Sequence record: MF158040
Length of the DNA: 64,000 nucleotides
From: Shigella phage Sf13
Direction: 5' to 3' (one strand)
In this document: positions 25,962-34,597 of the stretch, one piece after another
Layout: every line of letters starts with the position of its first letter
How positions within the stretch are numbered: the stretch's first letter is position 1
Notes under the pieces: generated by a model
The model's database searches: none
What the model was told of the DNA's origin: nothing
What the model saw: only the letters and a program-made list of their open reading frames with translations
Made by a program: the position numbers and the translations under genes

Positions 25962-26629
25962 TTATGGGACACCTACTGAAGAAGAGTTGGAAGAACTTAG
26001 CAGATATGGTTCCCCATCTGAAGAGGAAGAGAAAGAACTCCGAAGAATGGGAAGCAATTACTAAGAAATGTTTTAAGGATTTGATAGAGATGAAAAAGTT
26101 TGAACTTGAGAGTAATTATATCACATTTAGTGTTAAAGATGTAGACAGACACTTTACCAAAGATGAGAAAAGTGACCTGTATCGTCTTATTCATCGGATG
26201 AATTATCGTAGAAATCTAACAGGTAAAGAGCCACTTGAAGGTATCTTTGTCAAGAAGTCTTACCCGTTCTATGAAGATACTTTGAAGAAACTCGAGATGT
26301 ATGTTAAGCAGCAGAACCGTAAAGAGTTCTCTATGATTTCTCTTGGTGGACAACAAATGCTGGTTATGGAAGATATAAACCCTAAAAGAACTAACAAGGG
26401 TGTTTGTATCAAGGTCACAGGTAAAGAAGAATTTGTTGATTATGACATACTCAGACACATTATAGATGGTTTGGGTGCTGCACTGAACATGAATGAATAC
26501 CATATTAGTTCACACCCGATTAAGGGTGACCAGATAATGATTCAGGTAAGAGAACGCCATAATGGGTTCACACACTTCTTCCAAACTTCTAAAACTTCAT
26601 TGCAAACTATGCTTAGTGAAGTGATGTAA
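25958..26629 (+). CDS. hypothetical protein (223 aa)
   Basis: ORF track; GTG at 25958 or ATG at 25964; followed by terminator. Confidence 0.45.
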   Translation: MIMGHLLKKSWKNLADMVPHLKRKRKNSEEWEAITKKCFKDLIEMKKFELESNYITFSVKDVDRHFTKDEKSDLYRLIHRMNYRRNLTGKEPLEGIFVKKSYPFYEDTLKKLEMYVKQQNRKEFSMISLGGQQMLVMEDINPKRTNKGVCIKVTGKEEFVDYDILRHIIDGLGAALNMNEYHISSHPIKGDQIMIQVRERHNGFTHFFQTSKTSLQTMLSEVM

Positions 26630-26637
26630 AACTATAC

Positions 26638-26662
26638 AGCCCCTTAATTGGGGCTTTTTATT
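26638..26662 (+). terminator. rho-independent terminator (plus strand) ending plus-strand block
   Basis: AGCCCC-ttaatt-GGGGCT hairpin followed by TTTTTATT. Confidence 0.55.
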
Positions 26663-26671
26663 GAGTAAAAT

Positions 26672-28170
26672 TTACTAAATTTATAATTTTTATAAAATTT
26701 GGGATTCACTCCGTTCATCTTGGGTCACCATGATATGTGATAAAATATCTATACCCTTCTAAACACCCTCTCTAAGCATCATCTCTATATAGTATTATAT
26801 AGTATCTATATAGCCTCTTAGCCCCTAAATAGTGCTCTCTATATAGCCCTCTATAAAGCCTTCTAAGCCTACCATTAATCAACCCTATACAATCACCTTC
26901 CTAACCTCTTCATAGCCCCTTAGAAGCCCCTATACTCATCTTAATCTCTAGGTAAACGATAGTACACTATATAGCAGAATCACTAGGTATTACTAAGCCT
27001 CTATATAGACTGTTATATAACACTAAACAGGTATTCCCTTCTAAGGCTTATCCTACAAGGTCTAACACGGTACTAACAAGGTCTCTTATAAGCCTGTTAA
27101 TTCCTGTTTTATATAAGATAGTGTATAGATAGTTATTCAGTTCTATAAAATTTTTATAAAATAGACTAGGTAGTGTTTGTTTAGGAGTCTTTGGAGAATC
27201 TGAAAAATATCTACTTAGGGTGTATATCTGCTTGGTAGCCCTTAACAGCCCTGTAACATCCCCTTTGCAGTTTATTAAAATATCATTAACAATTTCTTAA
27301 CAACTCTCTCAAGCTCTTAACATCTCTTCAGAGTTCTTAACAATCCCTTAACAGAACTAACAAGAGCTTAACAAGTCTGTAACGTTGCTTACAAGAGTCT
27401 AACAAGTTGCTTATAAGTTGCTAAATAGTTAAATCTTAAGAGTTATTTTGTTAAGATAATTAACAAGGTGCTAACAAGTTCTAAACCTTTTTAACAGTCT
27501 CTTAACATGGTCACTATCTCTTGGTCTATAGTTCCCTATGTTTCTTAGTGATTCTCTATAAAGCCCTCTTAAAAGCTCTCTATAGCTCTGTATAGCCTCT
27601 TCTAAGCTTCTCCCTAGTAACTACACCCCAACTACCTGTATAGCTCTTTATAGGGCTTTCTAGGGGCTTATACAGGTACTTCAAAGAGTCTAACAAGCTT
27701 TTAACATACCTCTAACAAGGATTTAACAAGGGGCTAACAAGTCTCTAATAAGCATAACTATGTAGCATTTGTTAAGATTTTGTTAAGAGAATGTAAAGGG
27801 GGCTAACTTTTACGTTACTTTTAAGGTTCTTTTACGTTACTTTGAAGACTCCATAACATACTTTAAAGCTATTATCAAGCCCCTTTGTAACCATTCACAA
27901 GATTCTATCCAGCTTATAAGCTTATACCCTTATAAGATTCTTTTAAGGCTCTAGAAAGCTCTATAAAGGGCTTTTAAGAGTAGGTTAATATGATTGCTTA
28001 AGATGAGATGATAAGCCCGTATAGAGCGTTATAGAGCGTTTTAGGGATTGCCCTTCCCTTTCGGGTTATGGGCTTATATTTAAGTTGATTTGATAAGAGG
28101 ATATAGAGTAAGCTATAGAGTTATTATTCTAAATGTATGGGATAGATTCTAGGAAGGTTTCTTTATAGAC
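26672..28170. repeat. ORF-free region dense in short direct repeats (TAACAAG/CTTAACA family; CTATA(A/T)AG family)
   Basis: No ORF of 60 aa or more on either strand over ~1.5 kb; many copies of (C)TAACA(A/G)G and CTCTATA(A/T)AG; bounded by convergent terminators. Confidence 0.6.
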
Positions 28171-28194
28171 GTAAAAAGCCCCATCTAAGGGGCT
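28171..28194 (-). terminator. rho-independent terminator (minus strand) ending small-gene block
   Basis: AGCCCC-ttagat-GGGGCT hairpin followed by TTTTT on minus strand. Confidence 0.5.
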
Positions 28195-28235
28195 GTAAAG
28201 GTGTCTGGGGCTATTTGCCCCGTTGCGGCGACTTG

Positions 28236-28493
28236 TTAGTTATTGAAGCCGTCAACTTCATAGTAAAGCGTGATAAGAGAATCACCCCAATAGTAAGAGG
28301 ATTTGCCATCCTTTAAGACTTCTTGTTTTACTTCTTTCCAGAACCACTCAGATTGATTGTAGTCCTGAATAGTTGCTTTTAGACACATATCAACCATGCC
28401 AAAAACATCGCCAGTTCCAACCATATCAAATTTAACATCTAATACATGGAAGCCAAAATTGTTAACAGTTGCGTGGATAGTAGCCATTTTCAT
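28236..28493 (-). CDS. hypothetical protein (85 aa)
   Basis: ORF track; ATG preceded by conserved GGAGAAT leader. Confidence 0.5.
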   Translation of the reverse strand: MKMATIHATVNNFGFHVLDVKFDMVGTGDVFGMVDMCLKATIQDYNQSEWFWKEVKQEVLKDGKSSYYWGDSLITLYYEVDGFNN

Positions 28494-28553
28494 ATTCTCC
28501 AGTTTAGGAATTTTGTTTTAGTGGGGAAGTCTCCCTCCCCGTTGAAAGTAATA
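28494..28553 (-). promoter_or_regulatory. intergenic cassette, short form (GC hairpin + conserved RBS leader)
   Basis: Minus-strand hairpin GGGGA...TCCCC followed by CCTAAACTGGAGAAT and ATG. Confidence 0.5.
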
Positions 28554-28817
28554 TTAATTCATTGCTGCATAAGTTGCAAGTCTTTTTTCATTGTATTTTG
28601 TAAGAATCTCACAAGATAAAACGTCATACTTTGCAACGGCTTCAGATTTAGTTAAACCGAAATGGCTTACAATTTCACCATTCATGAATCCGACTACTTC
28701 ATAAGATTCTGCGATGATTTCACCGTTGAACCAATCACTTTCAATACGTTTGCAAAGTTGGATATCTTCTTTGTCAGTACCGATTTGTAACAGGATAGTG
28801 ATTTCTTGATTATTCAT
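28554..28817 (-). CDS. hypothetical protein (87 aa)
   Basis: ORF track; ATG after conserved leader. Confidence 0.5.
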   Translation of the reverse strand: MNNQEITILLQIGTDKEDIQLCKRIESDWFNGEIIAESYEVVGFMNGEIVSHFGLTKSEAVAKYDVLSCEILTKYNEKRLATYAAMN

Positions 28818-28877
28818 TTTCTAGTCTCCAGTTTAGGATTGTTGGGGAAGGTCATTCCCTCCCCGTTGATAAGTACT
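28818..28877 (-). promoter_or_regulatory. intergenic cassette, short form
   Basis: Hairpin GGGGAAGG...CCCTCCCC variant plus CCTAAACTGGAGACTAGAAA leader. Confidence 0.5.
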
Positions 28878-29405
28878 TTATAGATTTGTGATGATTTCGT
28901 CAAGGGAATTTTCTAAGTTTTTTAAAGATTGTTCGTAAAGTCTAATTCCCCTATTTAATGCTTCCCCTAACGTAATTTTAAAACTAGTTGTTGGGTAGTC
29001 ACTTGTAAAGATGTTTTCCACTTCATAGAGTGGGTATTGTTGGTTACCCGTTCCCATAGCATACATGCCTGTATAGTGGATTGCAATAAAAAGATTATGG
29101 GACTTAATAGAGCGCTCATAAGCCATTTTAAAGCGGTTTAACTCGTTTTTAGTTGCCTTAATAGCCATTTCGTGAATTTCTGCGACTATAGCCATATAAT
29201 CATTCAGAATGAGAGAAATAGCCCCCATAAAGTTGTTGGCTGTTACCGCTTTTACATTTGGTCGGTGTACATAAAACTTCTTATCTTCCCCTTTTGTGAT
29301 AACTGCAAAAACTTTACTCTTTAAGGTAAATTCCCAAGTGTCTTTACAAGGCTTGCTCATCACTTCACGGCTACGGATTGCATTAACAGCATTAAACTTA
29401 TTCAT
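28878..29405 (-). CDS. hypothetical protein (175 aa)
   Basis: ORF track; ATG after conserved leader. Confidence 0.5.
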   Translation of the reverse strand: MNKFNAVNAIRSREVMSKPCKDTWEFTLKSKVFAVITKGEDKKFYVHRPNVKAVTANNFMGAISLILNDYMAIVAEIHEMAIKATKNELNRFKMAYERSIKSHNLFIAIHYTGMYAMGTGNQQYPLYEVENIFTSDYPTTSFKITLGEALNRGIRLYEQSLKNLENSLDEIITNL

Positions 29406-29470
29406 TCTAGATTCTCCAGTTTAGGAATTTTGTTTTAGTGGGGAAGTCTCCCTCCCCGTTGATGAATACT
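29406..29470 (-). promoter_or_regulatory. intergenic cassette, short form (identical core to 28494-28553)
   Basis: Same 50-mer as cassette at 28494; flank duplicated again at 32911-32950. Confidence 0.5.
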
Positions 29471-29611
29471 TTACTTGTTTTGATTCTGCATTGCAAGTAG
29501 TTTTTTATCAAAAACTTTATCTGAGATTTCACCAATGATGAGTACTGCTAATGGCAACACAACAGAAACAATCATACCACAAAGGATAGGGTTTTTAATG
29601 ATATCTAACAT
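29471..29611 (-). CDS. hypothetical small membrane protein (46 aa), not in ORF track
   Basis: ATG preceded by conserved GGAG leader; hydrophobic core ILCGMIVSVVLPLAVLIIG; C-terminus and 3' flank shared with ORF 32922..33269. Confidence 0.4.
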   Translation of the reverse strand: MLDIIKNPILCGMIVSVVLPLAVLIIGEISDKVFDKKLLAMQNQNK

Positions 29612-29807
29612 TTAGTGATTCTCCAGTTTAGGAAGTTGCCTTTTGAAGATACTATATAGATATGATTAAACCTTTGCAAGTACTTTTTACGCTTATCTAT
29701 AAAGAATCTATTAAGTTAATCCCTTTTAGATAAACCCCCTCGAACAAAGTTACACTTGTCAAGGGGCATTGTCAATAGTTTTTCAAAAGATTTTTATAAG
29801 TTGTTGA
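29612..29807 (-). promoter_or_regulatory. unique upstream region with partial cassette and candidate promoter
   Basis: Partial leader (CCTAAACTGGAGAATCACTAA) then unique sequence with two TTGACA hexamers; TTGACA-N17-TAACTT possible. Confidence 0.3.
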
Positions 29808-30149
29808 TTAGCTTATAAAGATTTTTTCTGGCTTAACATAGGTTAATGACTGTTTTTTAAGCAAATCAGACCAAATGAGCGCGGCAATGTGACTATATCC
29901 CTTTTCTCTTAACTCCTGCATAGCTGATTTGCGAGTTTCGAAACGTGTAGCGTAGTATTCAGTGTTAAGGGTAGTTTTATTCCCTTCATTGTCAACATGT
30001 ACAATCTGCATCACTTGAAAGGGGCTTACATCTTCTCCCCTGTTCCATTGCTCAAAGTACTTGAGACACTGCATAGGTTTCATTTTGTCGTTAACTTGGG
30101 TAGACCATGACGAATTTTCTTTATCGGTGATAATTGTTACATAGGCCAT
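29808..30149 (-). CDS. hypothetical protein (113 aa)
   Basis: ORF track; ATG after conserved leader. Confidence 0.5.
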   Translation of the reverse strand: MAYVTIITDKENSSWSTQVNDKMKPMQCLKYFEQWNRGEDVSPFQVMQIVHVDNEGNKTTLNTEYYATRFETRKSAMQELREKGYSHIAALIWSDLLKKQSLTYVKPEKIFIS

Positions 30150-30234
30150 TTTCAGATTCTCCAGTTTAGGATTGTTGGTAAAGCTCTTTATCTGGGGCTT
30201 AAGATACTAGCTTTTAAACCCCATGTAAAGCACT
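30150..30234 (-). promoter_or_regulatory. intergenic cassette, long form (sigma70-like promoter flanked by GGGG/CCCC inverted repeat, then conserved leader)
   Basis: Minus strand: TTTACA, 17-bp spacer, TATCTT; GGGG after -35 and CCCC after -10; leader ACAATCCTAAACTGGAGAAT. Confidence 0.55.
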
Positions 30235-30432
30235 TTAATAAATTCTATCCATCAGATTATTCACGGCCATAATTGCATTATCTTTGAAGTGTGGATGACT
30301 GCTATTCTGTGAGAATAGTATTTCTCCATTGTATACTATTTTTAGGTCTATCTTTGAACCTTCCATGTTAAGGTTACACTCTACACCTTTTAAACACCAC
30401 AAGGTAGAAAGTTTTTGCATCAGTGATAACAT
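30235..30432 (-). CDS. hypothetical protein (65 aa)
   Basis: ORF track; ATG after conserved leader. Confidence 0.5.
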   Translation of the reverse strand: MLSLMQKLSTLWCLKGVECNLNMEGSKIDLKIVYNGEILFSQNSSHPHFKDNAIMAVNNLMDRIY

Positions 30433-30523
30433 TTTAGATTCTCCAGTTTAGGATTGTTGGTAAAGCTCTTTATCTGGGGCTTATCTTATCTAACTATAAA
30501 CCCCATGTAAAGTACTTTATTAG
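30433..30523 (-). promoter_or_regulatory. intergenic cassette, long form
   Basis: TTTACA, 17 bp, TAAGAT with flanking GGGG/CCCC and conserved leader. Confidence 0.55.
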
Positions 30524-30745
30524 TTATTTGTAGTAATAATATGTAAACTCATTTATCAGGCTTCCATCCTCATCATTATACTGCTTATGACTAGCCAGAT
30601 AACCGCCATTAGCTAGAATTTCATCAATCAACTTTTTAGCGTCATCGTTGGGAATCCTAACAGGTTTACTAAACGGCTGTAAATAGGTACGACGAACATT
30701 TGAGAATTTAAAATCAATGGTTTTTACGTTAAGAACTTGCAACAT
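30524..30745 (-). CDS. hypothetical protein (73 aa)
   Basis: ORF track ORF (TTG start inside cassette) trimmed to ATG at M27 directly after conserved leader. Confidence 0.45.
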   Translation of the reverse strand: MLQVLNVKTIDFKFSNVRRTYLQPFSKPVRIPNDDAKKLIDEILANGGYLASHKQYNDEDGSLINEFTYYYYK

Positions 30746-30823
30746 TTTTTGAATCTCCAGTTTAGGATTGTTGGGATGTTTCCCGTTGATGAATACTTTA
30801 CTTTCTTGCGTTTTCAGTGTCAA
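30746..30823 (-). promoter_or_regulatory. intergenic cassette, short form
   Basis: Hairpin GGGA-aaca-TCCC plus conserved leader. Confidence 0.5.
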
Positions 30824-31054
30824 CTACTTTTCTATAAGAATCTCATATTCACCATTCACACTATCAAAGTAAATACCTTCATCATCTTCTGATTTATAGT
30901 AGCACTGTATATCATCCGATGCTGGGTAGTCTTGCCTTGCTATCTGACAGGCAACAATAGCATTATTTTCGCTACCTGTAAACTCTTCTAAACCTTTAAA
31001 GTTGCATTGTGAACCATTGCAGATAGATAGAATAAGATAGATTGTTGTAAGCAT
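30824..31054 (-). CDS. hypothetical secreted/membrane-anchored protein (76 aa, N-terminal hydrophobic signal-like segment)
   Basis: ORF track; N-terminus MLTTIYLILSICNGSQC; AGAGG RBS; lacks the conserved cassette. Confidence 0.45.
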   Translation of the reverse strand: MLTTIYLILSICNGSQCNFKGLEEFTGSENNAIVACQIARQDYPASDDIQCYYKSEDDEGIYFDSVNGEYEILIEK

Positions 31055-31117
31055 CTTTTAAGCCTCTTGTAAGCCCCTGTGCGGGGCTTTTCTAGTGAAC
31101 TGGTGTGATTCTATGGT

Positions 31118-31675
31118 TTATGCTGTTAAGTCGTTTATAACCGTTTCTGTTACGTTGCATTGCATGGTGTCAAAGATATCACAATATACATTGCTCATCC
31201 CATCACTACGTTGGACTATTTCTGCAATGTTGCGTAGTTCGTCTGGTACATATCCTAAATTTCTATTGTTTAGGTTAGGGACAAAGAAAGGCGCATACAT
31301 AGCATTAAATTCAGTTGTGTAAACCTTTTTAATCCATTCTTTATCGAAATATTCTGTAAAGCTTGCTACGTCGCTCATGTTCTCACAGCTCCAGTCATCT
31401 TGTAAATCATCTTCTGGAATATCCAGTTCCAAGATAACAAGCTTTTGTGACTTCATTTGATAGGCTGCTGTAATGCTTGCGCTATCAAGCGCGTTTCTAA
31501 TACCTTCATCTGTGATTTGTTCGTCATCCAGATTCTCTACATCATAGAACTTGTTAACAGGGTAGACGTAAAAACATCCATCCATATCAGAGCAATTCCA
31601 AGCTCCTGATGGTTTATCACCGCCATTGATAAGGTTTACAAAGTTTTCTTGTGTAGTACCATGAAAGCATTTCAT
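31118..31675 (-). CDS. hypothetical protein (185 aa)
   Basis: ORF track; ATG after conserved leader. Confidence 0.5.
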   Translation of the reverse strand: MKCFHGTTQENFVNLINGGDKPSGAWNCSDMDGCFYVYPVNKFYDVENLDDEQITDEGIRNALDSASITAAYQMKSQKLVILELDIPEDDLQDDWSCENMSDVASFTEYFDKEWIKKVYTTEFNAMYAPFFVPNLNNRNLGYVPDELRNIAEIVQRSDGMSNVYCDIFDTMQCNVTETVINDLTA

Positions 31676-31759
31676 TTTAGATTCTCCAGTTTAGGATTGT
31701 TGGTAAAGCTCTTTATCTGGGGCTTATCTTATCTAACTATAAACCCCATGTAAAGCACT
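31676..31759 (-). promoter_or_regulatory. intergenic cassette, long form
   Basis: TTTACA, 17 bp, TAAGAT; GGGG/CCCC flanks; conserved leader. Confidence 0.55.
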
Positions 31760-32008
31760 TTATTTAGTTTTCTTTGTAAAGATTAGTTTAACGGCAACAG
31801 TTGGTAACTCTTCAATACTTGTGAACAAAGTCACTTTTTGAGTCTTGACATTATAGCCATACTTTGAACCATAAGCCGTAAAACGGTTTACAATGTAACT
31901 GTAAGTTTTTGCAGTGTTATCTGGCATATGATATAAAAACGGCTTGCCAAGGTTATCAAGTTGTGTTAAGAGTCGGCATGTATCAGGGATATTCAACATA
32001 TTAAACAT
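31760..32008 (-). CDS. hypothetical protein (82 aa)
   Basis: ORF track; ATG after conserved leader. Confidence 0.5.
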   Translation of the reverse strand: MFNMLNIPDTCRLLTQLDNLGKPFLYHMPDNTAKTYSYIVNRFTAYGSKYGYNVKTQKVTLFTSIEELPTVAVKLIFTKKTK

Positions 32009-32093
32009 TTTCAGATTCTCCAGTTTAGGATTGTTGGGGCTTCTAACTTGCCCCGTTGATGAGTACTCTACTACTATGCTTTTGCAATGTCAA
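32009..32093 (-). promoter_or_regulatory. intergenic cassette, short form
   Basis: Hairpin GGGGC-aagttagaa-GCCCC plus conserved leader. Confidence 0.5.
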
Positions 32094-32501
32094 TCAAATC
32101 TCTGAATAAATTGCATCGCAGATTTCACGGAAAACTTCAACCGGTAAGTTACGCTGTAACCATGTTGCAAAGAAATCAGCAATTGCAAAGTTTGCATCAA
32201 AATCAACACATAGCCACACTTTAACAGCAAATCTAAACATTTTCAAGTCAAGTTCTTTATTCATTACTTTTGACTTTGACAGCATTTCTTTCATCTCATA
32301 CTGAGCACCGTCAATTATAGCTCCTGCTGCTACATCTTGCAAGGATTCTTTAAGCTGTTTTGTGTCTACTACTGCGCCCTGAATTTTACCGATGATATTA
32401 TGTAGTGTTTCGTCTGGTGCTGCTGATGTTACAATGTTGATGCGGTTAATGGTCAAACGTGCTTTCAAAATTGCAACTTCTTTGTGATTAACATTAGTCA
32501 T
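32094..32501 (-). CDS. hypothetical protein (135 aa)
   Basis: ORF track; ATG after leader. Confidence 0.5.
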   Translation of the reverse strand: MTNVNHKEVAILKARLTINRINIVTSAAPDETLHNIIGKIQGAVVDTKQLKESLQDVAAGAIIDGAQYEMKEMLSKSKVMNKELDLKMFRFAVKVWLCVDFDANFAIADFFATWLQRNLPVEVFREICDAIYSEI

Positions 32502-32590
32502 TTTCTAGTCTCCAGTTTAGGTTAGTTTTAGATAAATCTCTTTATCTGGGGCTATCTTAGCAACTTGATAACCCCATGTAAAGCAATTTA
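32502..32590 (-). promoter_or_regulatory. intergenic cassette, long form
   Basis: TTTACA, 17 bp, TAAGAT; leader variant CTAAACTGGAGACTAGAAA. Confidence 0.55.
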
Positions 32591-32863
32591 TTAGACTAAA
32601 TACAATTTTTTACCACTAACAATAATGTAACTTACACCGCTATTACTGTAAACATCTTGATAAATTCTGCGTAACTTTCCAAGGTATCGAACTTTCCAAG
32701 ATGTAGGAATTTTCTTTCCATATCCTGTGGCGGTTTTTTGTAGACCTGCTACCTGCCAATCTAATAGGTGCTGTTCTGCTCTTAACTCTTCAAAGTTTAA
32801 TACACCGTCTACATAGTGTTTTAAAGTTACGTTCAAAGTTCGACCGTCATTAGTAGTATACAT
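32591..32863 (-). CDS. hypothetical protein (90 aa)
   Basis: ORF track; ATG after leader. Confidence 0.5.
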   Translation of the reverse strand: MYTTNDGRTLNVTLKHYVDGVLNFEELRAEQHLLDWQVAGLQKTATGYGKKIPTSWKVRYLGKLRRIYQDVYSNSGVSYIIVSGKKLYLV

Positions 32864-32921
32864 TTTAGATTCTCCAGTTTAGGATTGTTGGGACTTCTAT
32901 CTTGCCCCGTTGATGAATACT
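32864..32921 (-). promoter_or_regulatory. intergenic cassette, short form
   Basis: Imperfect hairpin GGGGCAAGATAGAAGTCCC plus conserved leader; upstream flank duplicated at 29461-29500. Confidence 0.5.
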
Positions 32922-33269
32922 TTACTTGTTTTGATTCTGCATTGCAAGCTCTTTTTTATTAATTTCTTGCGCTATCACAATATAATAATCTTTCAGGTTT
33001 ATATCTTGAATTGACTCTAGAAGTATGTCATAATCACTGATTAATTTAAAATCACCGTCTAGAATGTTATCAATCCGGTATGTCTCTGCTTTAAATCGAA
33101 AGCTCATCTCTAAACGTTTCAATTGTTCTAAGTTCAAACGCTCTAAAAAGCCCCGTACAAGGTTTATTTTTAAATCCCTTGTAAGTGCCTTATTAGCTAT
33201 ACTGTGCGCTTGTAAGGCTTTATAGAGCGCCACAATAGAGATAAAAATTGCAACGTATGTGATTAACAT
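32922..33269 (-). CDS. hypothetical membrane protein (115 aa, N-terminal TM)
   Basis: ORF track; ATG overlaps stop of upstream gene; C-terminus KKELAMQNQNK shared with small ORF 29471..29611. Confidence 0.5.
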   Translation of the reverse strand: MLITYVAIFISIVALYKALQAHSIANKALTRDLKINLVRGFLERLNLEQLKRLEMSFRFKAETYRIDNILDGDFKLISDYDILLESIQDINLKDYYIVIAQEINKKELAMQNQNK

Positions 33270-33559
33270 TTGTTTTTACCTTTGTGGAATAGTTTACCAG
33301 TGTGACTAATTTCATATGAATCAACCATATCTCTAGTGGTCTTAATCGATGACTTATTAGTGTTATCATAGATATCAACCTGAAGCAATGGTTTTTTGTA
33401 TTCTTTACAAAAGTTCCATACACAAATTATTACTTCCTTTTTGTTAATCTTTCCATGATACCACTCTACGGCTTCAGATGTACGGCGCATGGATTCAATG
33501 AATTGGATATTACTTAATAGCTGGCTTAATTTAGTTCTAACGTTTGCGGCAATAAACAT
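33263..33559 (-). CDS. hypothetical protein (98 aa)
   Basis: ORF track; ATG after leader. Confidence 0.5.
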   Translation of the reverse strand: MFIAANVRTKLSQLLSNIQFIESMRRTSEAVEWYHGKINKKEVIICVWNFCKEYKKPLLQVDIYDNTNKSSIKTTRDMVDSYEISHTGKLFHKGKNKC

Positions 33560-33643
33560 TTTAGATTCTCCAGTTTAGGATTGTTTGTAAAGCTCTTTAT
33601 CTGGGGCTATCTTATCAACTTGATAACCCCATGTAAAGCACTT
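33560..33643 (-). promoter_or_regulatory. intergenic cassette, long form
   Basis: TTTACA, 17 bp, TAnnnT; GGGG/CCCC flanks; leader. Confidence 0.55.
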
Positions 33644-34156
33644 TTAGATATTAAAGATATTCATAACAGAATCTTTCAAGGCTTCTAAACGTTCCATTAC
33701 TTCAGATTCTCCATCGGAGTTCGACACTTCCTCTTCTAATCGTGAATCTAAATCTTCACCGTCAAGATAGCACCAATCGAAGCCATAAGCAAGAGAAAAG
33801 CTATTTAATACTGTATTACCTTCTTTATCTTCTACCTTTGCAAATAGCACGTAGCTGTTAGCCTCTAAATCTCTTTGTAATTCATCTTGTAAGCTCTTGT
33901 AAGCCTCTATAGATGGATTTTCGCGGCCTTGTTTAGCATAATCACTCATCAATTGTGAAAGGCTGTAATGCTGTGGAATTGCATATTTGTACCCGTTACG
34001 CTCTGGATTTTTAAGTTTGATTGTAACCCCGCCTTTGTGCTCATCGGTAAACTTCCAATTTTCCACACAATGGGATGCTTCACAAATATTAACAGCTTCA
34101 TAGATGATAGTGAATTTTTCTTTTTGAACTTCAAAGGTAGCTTCAACGTATGACAT
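33644..34156 (-). CDS. hypothetical protein (170 aa)
   Basis: ORF track; ATG after leader. Confidence 0.5.
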   Translation of the reverse strand: MSYVEATFEVQKEKFTIIYEAVNICEASHCVENWKFTDEHKGGVTIKLKNPERNGYKYAIPQHYSLSQLMSDYAKQGRENPSIEAYKSLQDELQRDLEANSYVLFAKVEDKEGNTVLNSFSLAYGFDWCYLDGEDLDSRLEEEVSNSDGESEVMERLEALKDSVMNIFNI

Positions 34157-34248
34157 ATTAAGATTCTCCAGTTTAGGACTATTGGTTAGTAAAGCTCTTT
34201 ATCTGGGGCTTATACTAGCAACTTATAAACCCCATGTAAAGCACTTTA
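34157..34248 (-). promoter_or_regulatory. intergenic cassette, long form
   Basis: TTTACA, 17 bp, TAGTAT; GGGG/CCCC flanks; leader variant. Confidence 0.55.
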
Positions 34249-34506
34249 TCAGATTAAATTGTCAGTTAATGATAAGTGCATTTTATAACCTTTCTTCGTG
34301 TAGACGTTAGTTCTACCGATTGCTTTTACACCTTTGAAAAGGTCATAGGAACTACGTTTTAAAGTAATTTCCTTATCACATTTCACGCCCCATCTTACAG
34401 CAGATTCTTTTCCGTTGTCAACCACTTTACCATTTAATTTTTTAGCAGTTGCGCGAGCGTCATCACGAGATTTTGCAGATACAATGATGTTTTTGATAGT
34501 AGCCAT
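34249..34506 (-). CDS. hypothetical protein (85 aa)
   Basis: ORF track; ATG after leader. Confidence 0.5.
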   Translation of the reverse strand: MATIKNIIVSAKSRDDARATAKKLNGKVVDNGKESAVRWGVKCDKEITLKRSSYDLFKGVKAIGRTNVYTKKGYKMHLSLTDNLI

Positions 34507-34597
34507 TTTTGATACTCCAGTTTAGGTTATTGTTTGGTAAAGCTCTTTATCTGGGGCTTATCTTATCTAACTATAAACCCCATGTAAAGGACTTTAT
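34507..34597 (-). promoter_or_regulatory. intergenic cassette, long form
   Basis: TTTACA, 17 bp, TAAGAT; leader variant CCTAAACTGGAGTATCAAAA. Confidence 0.55.

Noticed and set aside
30524-30823. Long N-terminal extensions of several track ORFs (for example 30524..30823, 35063..35302, 46159..47058, 9607..11223)
   Set aside because: The extended forms begin at TTG or GTG inside a cassette, terminator or neighbouring gene; the internal ATG with an RBS was used instead.
31095-31322. Plus-strand ORF of 75 aa after the terminator-like hairpin
   Set aside because: Antisense to minus-strand gene 31118..31675 and without an RBS; the hairpin is reported separately.
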